Origin: Octopus vulgaris
Lineage: Eukaryota
Length of the DNA stretch: 64,000 bases
Assembly: GCA_951406725.2 (NCBI GenBank)
Contig: OX597831.1
Coordinates: forward strand, 17,980,001-18,044,000
Direction: 5' to 3'
Shown: one piece after another, positions 39,700 through 52,319 of the stretch
Numbering within the stretch: position 1 is the stretch's first letter
Layout of the letters: each line of letters begins with the position of its first letter
Position numbers and translations under genes: made by a program
The notes under the pieces: model-generated
Database searches by the model: none
Seen by the model: the letters and a program-made list of their open reading frames with translations, nothing else
What the model was told of the DNA's origin: nothing

Positions 39700-42600
39700 T
39701 TTGGAGCTGCTTCAGATGTCACGTGTTAACGTGAAATATTGAATTTTGAGACTCGACTAAAGCTAGGAATTTTGTATTTTTGCGGGCGAAGTGAAGTTTT
39801 ATTGCTTGCATTAATGTTTTTTAGCATTTAATATTTTTCAGCAGATAATAAAACTCCACTTTGCTCCAGATATCATTTCTCTGCCTGTTGTCGAGTGTAA
39901 AGAGAATTATATTTTTAAAGCGGCGTAGTCCGTCTGCAAAAAAAAGTTTGTTTTTGAAATTGTCTTTGTGTTATCCACGGGAATTACCAAGGAGTACCAA
40001 GGATTATTTTACCAAGGGGTTTTACCAACTGTGCATTTGGCCTGGAATACAACTTTTTGTCCGAAATAATTGAAAAAACAAAAAAAGAAAAAAATAATAA
40101 TTCCTTTGCCTGGATTTGAACTCATTTTCTCCGTCTATCATTTATATTTAAAAAAAACAGAACTTTTTGTTGAACTGCTATTTCTAATTTTATTTCTTCC
40201 CTTCTGTTGCATTTTTTATTCTCCTTTCTGTGTCTTACTATATTTTTCACATTTTGAACTGTTTTTTCTTACGTTATGGCAAAGAGATTCACTGTGTGGG
40301 AATTGACACCTCCCAAAAAATATTTGAACGAACTCGAGGAAAGGACCGTGGTGCTGAGGACATATTCGAAGTCTCTCGACACCATAATGGTTTTTCCGAA
40401 AGACACTATTATTAACGAGCTGGCAGACTATATGCCAGCCGTTAAACACATTCAACGGGGAGCCAAATACGCAACGATTTGGTTGCTGTTTGACTCCCCC
40501 AAAGCAGCTTGCGATTTCGCAAGCAAGCCCATTGAGGGCGAAGAGATTTTGTTTCTCCCAAGCTACAAGGGAGAAAAATTATTAAGATTATGGGTCTGCG
40601 GCCTGCCACCCGGCTTTGAGCCCGAGTGGGTGGAAGATTCTATCCGACGGGGTCTGAGTGGTGGTAGCGCCAAGATCCTGAACGTGAGAGTGCAGCCATC
40701 GGCCGATTGGGAAGGGTCAAAGGCTACTTTGACTCTGTGGACTCAGTCAGCCAAGAGTCTGGTTTTGCCGGACTTCTTGAAGATGGCCGGGTCCAAGTAT
40801 CCGGTGATGCTTGAGGGACGCTGCTTCAGATGTCACGTGTTAACGTGAATTGTTGAACATTTTACGTCAACGGGTGGAACGTTCGAATATTGCCGGAAGC
40901 CTGGTGAAGCTTATTGCCTGCCGTTAATACTTTTTAGCATTAACAACGTTCTTTAGTGTTAATAATTTTTGCGCGTAATAAGCTTCACCTTGCTTCGAAT
41001 ATATTTTTTCTACCTGTTGGCGTATTTAAAGGTCTCACTTTTTAGAGAGAAATTGTGTTTTTTTTGAGGAAGGCGTAGCCCCTCCTCAGAAATATTTTTG
41101 ACTCATTGGAGTACCAATTTTCACACTTGGATTACCACATGTGGAATATTGAACTGTTTGGCAACAGCAGGTAGGTTTTTTTTTTGAATATTGATAGAGG
41201 CTCAGCGAGGTTTATTGCCTGCCATTAATACTTTTTGGCGTCAACGTTAATTAGCGTTAATAATTTTTTGCAGGTAATGGACTTCGCTTTGCCTCGGATA
41301 TATTTTTCTGCCTGTTGAACTTCTTCCTCTAGCTATCCTTCATTTGAACTCCGAACTGTTTTTATTGTAACTCTCGTTTCCATTTTGTTTTTTCTTCACT
41401 CTTTCTATTACTTTTGTGTTTTTCCTATTCGAACTTTATTTACATTTTTTGTTAAAAATGGCAAAGGAACTGATTGTTTGGGAGCTAGAAGATCCCAAAA
41501 AATATGTCAAACAGCTCGAGGATAAGACCGTGGTACTGAGGACTTATTCAAGGTCGCTCAACGCTATCATGGTTTTTCCGAAGGCGAAAATTATTGAAGA
41601 GCTGGCAGACCACATGCCAGCCGTAAAATATATCCAACGGGGAGCCAAATACGCAACGGTTTGGTTGCTGTTTGACTCCCCAAAAGATGCTTGCGAGTTT
41701 GCAAGCAGGCCCATTGAGGGCAAATAAATCTTGTTTCTCCCTAGTTACAAGGGAGAAAAATTGACAAGACTGTGGGTCTGCGGCCTGCCACCCGACATTG
41801 AACCCGAGTGGATAGAACACTCTATCCGCTTGGGTCTGGGTGACAGGGACGCAAAAATCCTAAATGTCAATGTACAGCCTGCGGCTGATTGGGAGGGGTC
41901 TAAGGCAACCTTAACCTTATGGACCCAGTCAGCCATAAGTCTGGTTTTACCGGACTTTTTGAGAATGGCCGGGTCCAAGTATCCGGTGATGATTGAGGGA
42001 GCCCCCCCCCCCCAAGTGTCACCTGTGTTTGGAGACCGGCCACATCAAGAAGAGCTGCCCCAGGGACCAGAGTAGGATCCTGGAGCGGCTGATATTGGAG
42101 CCTCTCCCTGCCTCCTCAATGGAGGGATAGAGGCAAAGTGAGGAGGGGGAAAAATCCTCCTCCAAAAGAAAGAGAAAGGTGGGGAGCAATGGCGACCCAC
42201 CAAAGGACCTGAAAGCTCCGGGAGAGGAGAACCCGGTGCGTACAGCTCCGGAAAAAAAAGAGAAACGGAGCCCCGCCGGCAGATTGCTACACGCAGACGG
42301 CGGTTCCCGAGTATCCCGGGTCCTCTCAGGCGGGTGTGCCGCCTGAGGAACAATTCGTGGTAGATTTTGTGCTCCTCATTTACAAAGGAAAAAAAGGTGG
42401 AAAGCACCGTAAGAAAAGTGAGAAAGAGAGGACATTGGGAGGTAATCCGGTCCTGTGTGGAAAACCCCGAGTGGCCTTCGCAGTTAGCTGCGGGGGTCGT
42501 GGGAAGGGGTGATCTACACAGGATCGTGGGTTCCTGCCCGGCGGACTCCTTCCAGACTATACCACTGGACACCGGCCTGACCAATGAGTATTGCCTCAAT

Positions 42601-42830
42601 GAGGCAAGAGCAATGGTCGGCCGGGTCACATAGGCGCTGTAACATCTTTGTAACATGTGGAAGAGGAGGCTTATTGCCTCCTCTAAAATTTGTAAAAATT
42701 TGTAAAAATTGTAATTCAATGTTAAGTTAAGCATTTTGCAACAGGTTGAAGGGGAGGTTTATTGCCTCCTCTAAAATTTGTAATTTGTAATCATTGAATT
42801 AAATGTAATTATTGAACATTGTTTTAGAGA
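39700..42830 (+). mobile_element. Tandem ORF1-only (gag-like, L1/Tx1-type) element, two units
   Basis: Two similar ORFs starting at 40276 and 41458; CHLCLETGHIKKSC CCHC knuckle after a frameshift at ~42002; unit start gcttcagatgtcacgtgttaacgtgaa occurs twice; no endonuclease or RT seen. Confidence 0.65.
40276..40848 (+). CDS. ORF1-like protein, 190 aa, truncated at the junction with the second unit
   Basis: Open frame, highly similar to 41458-42075 (LWVCGLPP, RRM-like); its last codons come from the next unit's leader. Confidence 0.55.
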   Translation: MAKRFTVWELTPPKKYLNELEERTVVLRTYSKSLDTIMVFPKDTIINELADYMPAVKHIQRGAKYATIWLLFDSPKAACDFASKPIEGEEILFLPSYKGEKLLRLWVCGLPPGFEPEWVEDSIRRGLSGGSAKILNVRVQPSADWEGSKATLTLWTQSAKSLVLPDFLKMAGSKYPVMLEGRCFRCHVLT

Positions 42831-42955
42831 AGCAAGAGTCGGCGGGCGCTTTTTGACTTCTCCCATCACCATCTTCATCCACCATCATCCATTAATGTCT
42901 TTGTCCAGCCCGTAGCTACTCTGTGTGCTGCCCTAGTGGCAAATTATTGAAATAA

Positions 42956-43333
42956 AGTAGCTTGCTAACCAACCACATGGTTCCGGGTTCAGTCCCACTG
43001 CGTGGCATCTTGGGCAAGTGTCTTCTGCTATAGCCTTGGGCCGACCAATGCCTTGTGAGTGGATTTGGTAGACGGAAACTGAAAGAAGCCTGTCGTATAT
43101 ATGTATATATATATATGTATGTGTGTGTGCTTCTGTGTTTGTCCCCCTAGCATTGCTTGACAACCGATGCTGGTGTGTTTACGTCCCCGTCACTTAGCGG
43201 TCCGGCAAAAAAGACCGATAGAATAAGTACTGGGCTTACAAAGAATAAGTCCCGGGGTCGATTTGCTCGACTAAACGCGGTGCTCCAGCATGGCCGCAGT
43301 CAAATGACTGAAACAAGAAAAAGAGTAAAAGAG
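42956..43333 (+). mobile_element. Octopus-type SINE
   Basis: ggttccgggttcagtccc B-box, central TA/TG tract and caaatgactgaaacaag tail; same family as 54225-54626 and 56742-57184. Confidence 0.9.
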
Positions 43334-43380
43334 TATTTCTAAATCTCAAAACGAGAGATATTCAGCAACAGTACTTTGGT

Positions 43381-43766
43381 GAAAAGATCATTTGCCGACA
43401 TAACATGGCTTTCCTGGTTTAGGAGGAATGTTGCTGCAATTTAGCTCCAGGAGACATCGTCTCCAGCTGGCTACGCCACACGATCAGTGCCGTTATGTTT
43501 TCGAACAAGGGAATCTAGCATCCCCCCTCAACTGAAAACTATATCTGTGTATCGCGATCCTTGGTTTATTTCCCTTCATCAGCAAAGAATAATTGTTCGG
43601 TCGAATATTGTTACGAACTGGGTGGGTGTGCTAGATTCACTTGTTCGAAAATATAATGACAAGGATCGAGTTTTATAGAAATCTGGAGAAGATGTCTCCT
43701 GGGGCTAAATTACATCAACATTCTTACTAACCTAGGACTGCCGTGTTATGTTGGAAATGATCTTTA
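43381..43766. mobile_element. MITE-like element with imperfect terminal inverted repeats of about 85 bp
   Basis: aaagatcatttgccgacataac...ccaggagacatcgtctccag versus ctggagaagatgtctcctgg...gttatgttggaaatgatcttt. Confidence 0.75.
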
Positions 43767-44534
43767 CTTCCTGTCGTTACTAAAGGAAAAGGAAGACATA
43801 AGATTTTGAATAGTGTTATAAATTCTCATAACTGACTGATAATACACTTTCAAGCCCGTTCACATCTACGTTTAATTCTAGATATATTTAATAAACTCAC
43901 TCTAATTATTATATATGTTAATTAATGTTCATAGAAATAACGTTAATTATAAAGTATTATAAAGGCAGTAGTTATATATCACGATGCAAATATTATAAAC
44001 GATAAAAGCAAATTAAACTTACTTATTACGTTATATAAATTGTTCACTATACAAAATAACAAACGCCTGTTTCTCACTTTAATAGCACTGATAAAGGGTA
44101 ATTGAACAAATATAATCAGTCGCAAGAATAAATATACTAAGAAATGCTACGATATCTAAAGATAATTCCAGAGGTTTCTTTTAATGAATAAGGACAATAT
44201 CGTGCTGCGATTCTACATAGTGATCTCGTAATTACTTATGACTCCCAATAATCTTGAGTTTTATATTATTAATTTTTTTATTTATATTTATATGGTTGTA
44301 TATTATTTATTTTGAATTCGTTTGCGACTCAAATGATAACTTTTCGTTGCAAAATGACAGCAAATTTCGGTATTTTGTTCACATTTATACACTAAAAGTT
44401 ACGCTGATTATTGCATGTTTGAGGGATACATATTATTTATGGAATGGCAAAGTTATTTTACCAGCATAAGATTGGTGAATCTAAAACAATATTGTACATC
44501 AGTACTCGCTCTATCTCTCTTTCTCTATCTCTCA

Positions 44535-44608
<74 letters not shown>

Positions 44609-44665
44609 TAAATTCTAGTGTCTATTTGTTTGTGTGTTTGCGTGTGTACACACACACACGTACAA

Positions 44666-44756
<91 letters not shown>

Positions 44757-46135
44757 TATCATTAACCAAGGACGTGGTTGAATATAGTCCAAGATTTCAT
44801 CAATTGCAGCTGGTTCCAAGCGTCACTACTTATTCAATTCTCAGTAAAATTGCAAAGTGTGAAAAGTTTTAAAGAGGACACCTCCTTAGCTACGTTAGAA
44901 TTTGGCATAAATAGTTTGAGATTTGGTTCAGTAGAAAAAATCTATATGAAAATATGTGAGTCTTCAAGGTGGGCAGGAATGTAGGTTTTCATTTTCACTT
45001 AACAAAATGTTTAAATTTTAAATAAATGTCTACTTTCCATAGGCTTAAATGATAGAAAAATAGTGGAGGAATTGAGAATCGTTAGACGCATTTACCAAAA
45101 CTTAGTAGAGATAATGTTATGAGGTGAAATGTTATGAAATGTAAAACGCCCCACGCAATAATTGTAATTATAAACACGAATGTCTTTAATGTAGGGTGGC
45201 GGAAATGCTGGCAGAAATTTTACGGCACCGGGCGAAATTCTTAACGGATTTTTACCCATCTTTACGTTCTGAGTTCAATTTCCGCGAAGGTCATCTTTAT
45301 ATTTCGTATATTTTGTTGTTTAAATGAAATATTTGATGTAATTATTTTCAAAATTCTGTTGAAATAGGGTAAATTTAACTTTTATTATTAATTATGTTTC
45401 ACATTTAATTAACTTGCATTCTGCTTTTTTTTGCTTTTCCTTTTTAGTTGATTTCCTTTTGTTTTATTTAATTATTTAATCAGTCTTATTCATAAATACT
45501 TGAGCAATATGTATCTAACCTAATTGGGGTAGGAATACAATCACTTTTCGCTGGGTCTGTGATTATATTCCAAATTTATTTTTGAAATTTAAAGAATAAT
45601 TGAAGGGGATTTTTCATAAATTAAATTTATATTAATGGGATGTAGGTAATTTTAAATTGTGTATATCAGATATACTAAATAAATAACGTATCCTTAAAAA
45701 CTCAAAAGTAAGCTGCAGATAAAAAATAGAGTAAAAATACTAAAATATAAAAAATATAAAACAAAATATAAATAGGTATAATTTTTTTATAAAGTATTAA
45801 AACAAATAAAAAGATAATACAAAACTTTTAAAAATGTGAGATGAAATGTTCTGAATATGAAATAACACCATTGGATTCTTAATATTAGTTTAGCGGGAGA
45901 TACATATGAGACACGGTCTGGGTTTACGATGGATGGAAAATGTTAAAAATAACCGTTATGTGTAACTGATAAAGCTTACATTCCAATCGTCATTGATTGC
46001 AGTATGCATATTTCAAGCGTGGTGATATCTCTTAGATAACATACATTCTAATATGTATATATATATATATATATATTAATGAATGTATTGCATAGTAGTT
46101 ATTAGAGCTCCTGTTAAGGAAATAATATTACTCAC

Positions 46136-46172
46136 GGGATATGAGAAGTGCAATAAAAATGAGTATCTTCAT
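46136..46172 (-). CDS. Cys-rich secreted protein family, copy 3: signal-peptide exon (MKILIFIALLIS + 1 nt)
   Basis: Minus strand reads ttttacag|GAAACGGCATT ATG AAG ATA CTC ATT TTT ATT GCA CTT CTC ATA TCC C|gtgagt. Hydrophobic N-terminus; the phase-1 donor matches the phase-1 acceptor of exon A (C|AC=His). It follows intron sequence homologous to the other copies. Confidence 0.8.
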
Positions 46173-46857
46173 AATGCCGTTTCCTGTAAAATGCTTGTTC
46201 TGATGGTGTATGGTTCACTTCTTTTTTAGGATCTTCAATTCCCTTCCTCGTTACTTCATTTATATTTTGCAATTTAATGTAACAGATGGTTTAGTCAGAG
46301 TGTAACTTCATCGTCTTTGTGATTAACGTTCTATATTTGACGCTTGTATAATATATCTGAGAATTTATTAATTTCAGTATTGATTTGCTTTCTATGTGGC
46401 CGTCATGTTAAGGCTAATTTAATGGAGCTGTGCTAGTATGGAACCTACATCATATATTCCTCTTAAATGTATAGCGAACATGATATTCCAGTGTTTGAAA
46501 CTTTCAATCTGCATAAGTCTTTCGTTAATTATATTCAGTGAGAATATTATATATTGAATTAATATTGAGTGCTCAATTGTATCAAAGTATTGATGCTATT
46601 AAAGTATTTATATAATTAATACGAGCGAGTATATATACATATATATTTGTTAATAATATATTAATATAAGTAGTATTAAGAAATCAATATCAAAACACAT
46701 CAGAAAGATATACATGTGTGAAAAAAATGATTGTTGTATTAAAGATATATTAATAAATGTAAATATGTATAAAAATATATGTAAATATGTATAAGTAAGA
46801 TTATATAACGTATATTACAGTTTACAAGTTTTGAATTAATTATTTAAAGCACCTTAC

Positions 46858-46915
46858 GATCGTTTAACATTAGAATTGTCCCTATAATGAACTCCTATAG
46901 TGATAAGCATTTATA
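46858..46915 (-). promoter_or_regulatory. Candidate core promoter and short non-coding first exon of copy 3
   Basis: TATAAA at 46915-46910, Inr-like TCATT with its A 27 nt downstream (46888), then a gtaagg donor after 46858. The signal exon has an acceptor, so an upstream exon is required. Confidence 0.4.
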
Positions 46916-47379
46916 GACAACGCTTCTGCTCTTCAGAGATATAAAATTAGAATTGTGTATAACATATCGAATGATAGATTTTGTTTTTTTTTATAATTTG
47001 AAGTAAATGTATAAAATATTATTTGTTTGAAGGATAAATTAACAATTAAAAATTACTGCATTTGATGAGATTCTTTAAATCCATATATACTTCCTTGGTT
47101 ATTCTTCTGCAATAATCCATAATATTCATATTTAAAATCCGTCATATTATCGTTCCAAGTATAGTTCATATAGTTAGTTGAGAAATGTGAAATTTGTATA
47201 TACTTTTGTTTGATCCTCTTGAAATTCGTATGTCTTCTTGGTAATTCCTCTGTAGCAATCCATAATGCCTTTGTATAAATTTCATTATATTATCCGGTAA
47301 TCTAAATATAATGCATATTACAAAATCAAAATATATTTAAAATATAATTTGGTTCTCTCATATATTTCGTCATGCACCA

Positions 47380-48270
47380 ATCTCTCAATTTAACAACCAT
47401 ACCTTGTACCACATACTCAGAAGTTACTGACAGCCTTTGGCAAAGAGAGACAACATCCTAGTCGAAACAAAAATCCAGAAGAACACCCAAACTTTCAGAA
47501 TGGGACCGTCGAACACAAGAGAAATCATAGAAATCTAGAAACCACTACTTATAAACAAACGTTGCAAAGCGTTTTTTAGTGGTGTGAAATCCTACAGATT
47601 TGGTCCCTAGAGAAGAGAAAGAATGTTATTTTCTCTCACGAGGCATCCTTTAGTATACTTCCAAAGACCGGCAAATTAAACGTCTTAAAGGAACCAGAAG
47701 AAGCTTTTGACGCAGACTGCCTCCTTTCAACTGTTATAAATGCAGGAGGAAACATGATGATATTGTTGGGTGGGCGCTATATATTGCAAATTCGCCGGCT
47801 CAGTGGTTTCGCGTCATGGCAGAATTAATAATTACGACTATTTAAGCATTTTATCTTATTAATATCATCCTATGTTTGCGAAAATGTTCCTGGAGAGAAA
47901 CGAAATAATTCAGGGTGATAATGCACCATTTCACACAGCTAATGTTGTTACTGAATGGCACGAGGGACATTCTAGTGAAGGTAAACCACTTATTCGGTGT
48001 CTTCAGGTTTTAGACCTCAATAATATTGAACTTCTAGGGTGCATTTTAGATACACAAATAATGAGTCGATGTAATCCACCGTTATCAATAGAAGAATTAG
48101 AGAATATTTTAGCTGAAGGATACATAATAATTCCTTAGTAAACCCTTAAAACTCCGTACGAGTCCACACAATTTAAGGTGTAATTACTGCCAAAGTTGGC
48201 ACTACCTCATCTTCAAATAACTTTGTTTGAAGTTATGAGGTGTTTCCATTATTTTTGTCAAAGCCTGTAT
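47380..48270 (+). mobile_element. Degenerate Tc1 transposon
   Basis: IQGDNAPFHTA and DLNNIE motifs; ends ...cctgta next to a TA tract. Confidence 0.8.
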
Positions 48271-48911
48271 ATATATATATGCATATATATGTGTGCGAAT
48301 ATATATATATATATATATATATATACATTTGTGAGTGTGGATGAGTATATATATACATAAATAAATATCTGTGTATGTATATGCATATATATATTCATCT
48401 ATCTATCCCTCTTTATATGTATATATATGTCTGTGTGTGTATGTGTGTGAGAGAGACAGACAGAGAGAGTGCATATACAACCATACATACATACACTCAT
48501 GTGTATATAGGTAGTTAGGTATGTATGTTCCTGTGTGTGTACGTACATTTTTATATGAAACAGGAAAATATTTCTTTAAATATATGAGTCTATATAAGAA
48601 AAATCATTTTGTTGCAAATTATTTTGCAGGCTAAATTATTGAGATTGAATAGAGAACGACTTAATAACGTACAAACACATATGTTACGCTGTATTTGTTT
48701 ATTTAAGATAGAACAATATTCGAAGAGCATTTAAATTTGTCTCCATCGAATTTATTGCCCAGCACCCCGATGGAGTTCTCACAATTTATTTTCCTTGTCA
48801 CTTTAGATAAAGATTTAGTCATATTCTTTTAATTTTCATTGTTCATTATTTTCTGTTTCTACATAATTTAGTTAAATTATTTAACTAAATTATGTAGAAA
48901 CAGAAAATAAT

Positions 48912-49235
48912 GAACAAGGCAGTCGCCGGCAACCGTGGAGAATGGCGACGTACAGTAAAACAGGGAGTACAAAGGAGTGACAGAGAGAGAGAGGAGAAAT
49001 GGAATGAAAGGAAGAAACGTAAACAAGAGACCATGGCACTACAACCAACCAGGAACAGTCTTCGCTACATTTGCAGTACCTGCCAGAGGGAGTGTTTGTC
49101 CAGGATAGGACTACACAGCCACAGCAGGAAATGTATCAGGAAATAAAATATAACAGCCGGACAAGACCTAGAAAAAAAAAATGCTCAACTCCATTGTCTC
49201 CCGAGACAGAAAGGATGCCAATACAATTCAATAAT
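48912..49235 (+). mobile_element. 3' fragment of an RTE-clade LINE
   Basis: NRGEWRR...YICSTCQRECLSRIGLHSHSRKC, the typical RTE C-terminal zinc finger, followed by a short 3' UTR. Confidence 0.8.
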
Positions 49236-49314
49236 TTAGTAAATCAAAGTATCATCCATAACTTTATATTTCTATGACATTTAGCTATGTATGTACCTAT
49301 GCGTCTATATATAT

Positions 49315-50014
49315 AGGTCGTCTGCTGCTGGAGAGGACCGACCAGGTAAAGGACCTTTGTATCTTAATGGAGTTTTCCTTTTCGCCTTCGGCCCAATGCG
49401 TCTAAGTTAACAACAAATCACGCGGAGTTCTGTTCTTGATTCGACGGTCATTCGGAATTCTTACAGCAGCCTATTCCTACCGCTCTATGCCACGCTGGTG
49501 AGACCCATATTGGAGTACGGGATTTAAGCCTCTTCTCCGTATCTCTTCAAAGACATACAGCATCTTGAAAGAGTCCAGAAGCTGGGTACCTGCATGGTTC
49601 TTGGTCTCAAGCATTTGTCTTATGAAGAAAGGCTAAAGACGCTCGACCTTCATTCTCTAGAAAAACGACGACGCCGTGGTGATCTCATTCTTGCTCACAA
49701 CATCATAAGCGGAAAGTGTAACCTCTCGAAAGAGCTGTTCTTCACTCCTGCTCCAGAGCGTCGGCTGCGGGGTCACTCCGAAATGCTCTATCTGCGACGA
49801 ATTCATTTCAACCGAAGGAGAGGGTCTTTCTCCGTCCGTGTTGCGGATCCGCGGAATAAGCTGCCGAACGAGATAGCGAAGATGACGACGATCGCTCGTT
49901 TCAAAGTCTCCGTTGACCACCAGTGGCCTGAACTCTTTACATGTACACCACACTGTACATGACTCGATGTCCCCCTACATGGCCTTGCATTTTGCTTTTT
50001 AAGCCAAACTAACT
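49315..50014 (+). mobile_element. 5'-truncated copy of the CR1 family
   Basis: Closely matches 6929-7640 in reverse complement; LEKRRRRGDLILAH; CTAA tail. Confidence 0.93.
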
Positions 50015-50599
50015 AGCATATACGTATACTAGATATATACGAATAGTAGTGAAAAATCCCTACTTTTAGTGAATCATCAAAGCGGTCGCTAGATGTTCAA
50101 CGTTCCGAGTTCCTTCACAATGCTTAAAGCATACAAAGGACCGATGCAATACGTGTATTATCTTACAAAGTTATATCCTATGAAAACAAAATTATTAACT
50201 GATATTCATACTACTTCATTTCACACAAAGCCTAGAGAATTTTACACACCGACTCTCGTATCAATAAATTGTTTCCACTCTTGAAATTCTTTTACTTAGC
50301 ATTTGAATTGAACGTAATTATACCGAGGGCATGCATAGCTTCATAGCACAGTTTACTCAGACCTAACCTTCTTGGAACTATAAATTTCCAAATTATCCGT
50401 TTGATTTCACAGATACATTGAACTCCCAGCGTACTTTAGTAACTGCAAAACACCAACGCGATTTAGTAAAATATATTTTTGGTAGTTGAGTGTTATGCGG
50501 TCTCCTAAATTCCCCATTGGCTTTGCACTTATAAAGACCTTAGTATAACCATTTCAATCTGATGTGTCACCTTATAAAGCGAAGAGATTTATAGGTGTC

Positions 50600-51640
50600 C
50601 GTCCAATGGAAAAATGTATGTCACCAAAGCAAAGACGTAATATGTCAAGAAAGAAGTATAAATCAAGGAGAATTGTAGAAAACCGAGGGCGAGAGTCTCA
50701 AAAGAGAAAGGTGGTGAGACTTACTAAAGATCACCAAGCTCATACTGCAGCACGTGAAATAGAGTCCGAAGATGGCGGTGAGATGATGTTTTCCGAAGAT
50801 CAGAAAAGGCATCCAGCACCACATCAAATGGGATCTCAAGACAGATGAGAGATGAGAGTTGCTCAAGATCAGCTGGACATGCTACAGCACGTCAGATGGA
50901 GGACCATTAGGGAAGGGAGATGAGTCTTTACCAAGGTTAACAAATGCATTGGTCAGCACATAAGATGGTCTCAAGAGAGATGCAAGGTGACATTTTCAGA
51001 AGGTCACCAAAAGAAATGACACTTTCCCAAGATCAGCAAAGGGGAAATGACTTCCCAATGATCAGCAAACGCATGCTGCAGCACTTCACGCTGAATTATT
51101 GAACAATATGTTTTTTTTTTCTGATTGGTCAGTGGTCCATTAGGATACCTTACATAAAGTGACCACGTACAAATTCGTTCTTCACAACTCCTACGGCTGC
51201 TTTCAAATGTGATCCAACCATTCCTGTGAAAAGATACTTTTGTCGATAGTCGCGTGCTAAATTGAAATTAACATCTCAGCATAGCTTATAAACTTTCAAA
51301 TTAAATTAATGGCACGCGCTACTCAAACGGTAATGTAACATTAGCACTACAAGCAAGACCTTCTGAAACTCTTATAGATTCTCTGGAAGGCCTTTCCATT
51401 CAATCAAAGGATTTTCTAAACAGTATCACAGAAGTCAACGCCACATTTCAGATGTCATCGCTTGGTGCATCTAAAGATATATTGGAACATGGATTAACAT
51501 ACTCGTTGAAAGATAAATGGCAGCTCTATGAATACGTTGCAAGCACAGCTACTTCAAATTTACTTTCTGAGTGATGGAGGACAACGAAGGTGAAGGAGAT
51601 GTCAAAACATCAGACGTTGTGCATACATATTGATAAAAAC
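50600..51640 (+). mobile_element. Helitron fragment
   Basis: SNGNV..L and FLNSI...NATFQMSSLGASK remnants; homologous to 4600-5270. Confidence 0.65.
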
Positions 51641-51794
51641 GGTAAGATAACAAGAGAAACAATGAGACCTCGATTTTATGTAAATAGAGGATTTTATGTG
51701 TAAAAGTAATATGTGACAATTATTCGGTAGCTATGATAAAACTCCGAGTTTCGGATGCCGATGTGGAAATCGAACAATTGTCATATATTACTTT

Positions 51795-51848
<54 letters not shown>

Positions 51849-52319
51849 GTAGAAAAATACAAACTGGGACAAGAACGCAAAACATTTAGAAGACGATACA
51901 AAAAACACGGACTGGACATTCGAAGCCTTCAATCTTCAGTCAGGAACCGGATCAACCTAGCAATGTCGGCTTATTAATCTTGAGTACTAAGCTGCGAGCA
52001 TTAGATTTCATGGAAAAAGGATCGAATGTATACGAAATTGGGACAGAAACACGGACGATGCCACACGAATATCAAATACAAAAAACTATAATAGTAAAAA
52101 GAGGACAAAAACAGCGGGTGTCTTTCGACTAATAGACGGTACCACTTAGTTTAGCTGGCGTATTTGGAAAAACAGGAGGAGAAGTAGGGAGTGAGTGTGA
52201 GAGAGAGAAAGAGACTGATCAAATAGAGTGCAAAGTGTGAAATCCAGAGAAATGTAGGAGAGAGCGACAGTCTTATAGATTCGTATCAAATTTAAAGGAA
52301 TATGTACTTACATAAGGCC

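Noticed and set aside
40820-40848. CFRC zinc knuckle at the end of ORF 40276-40848
   Set aside because: Encoded by the leader repeat of the next unit (same DNA at 39708) and lacks the rest of the CCHC motif.
42956-43010. tRNA genes
   Set aside because: The A/B-box sequences are SINE heads; no complete cloverleaf is seen.
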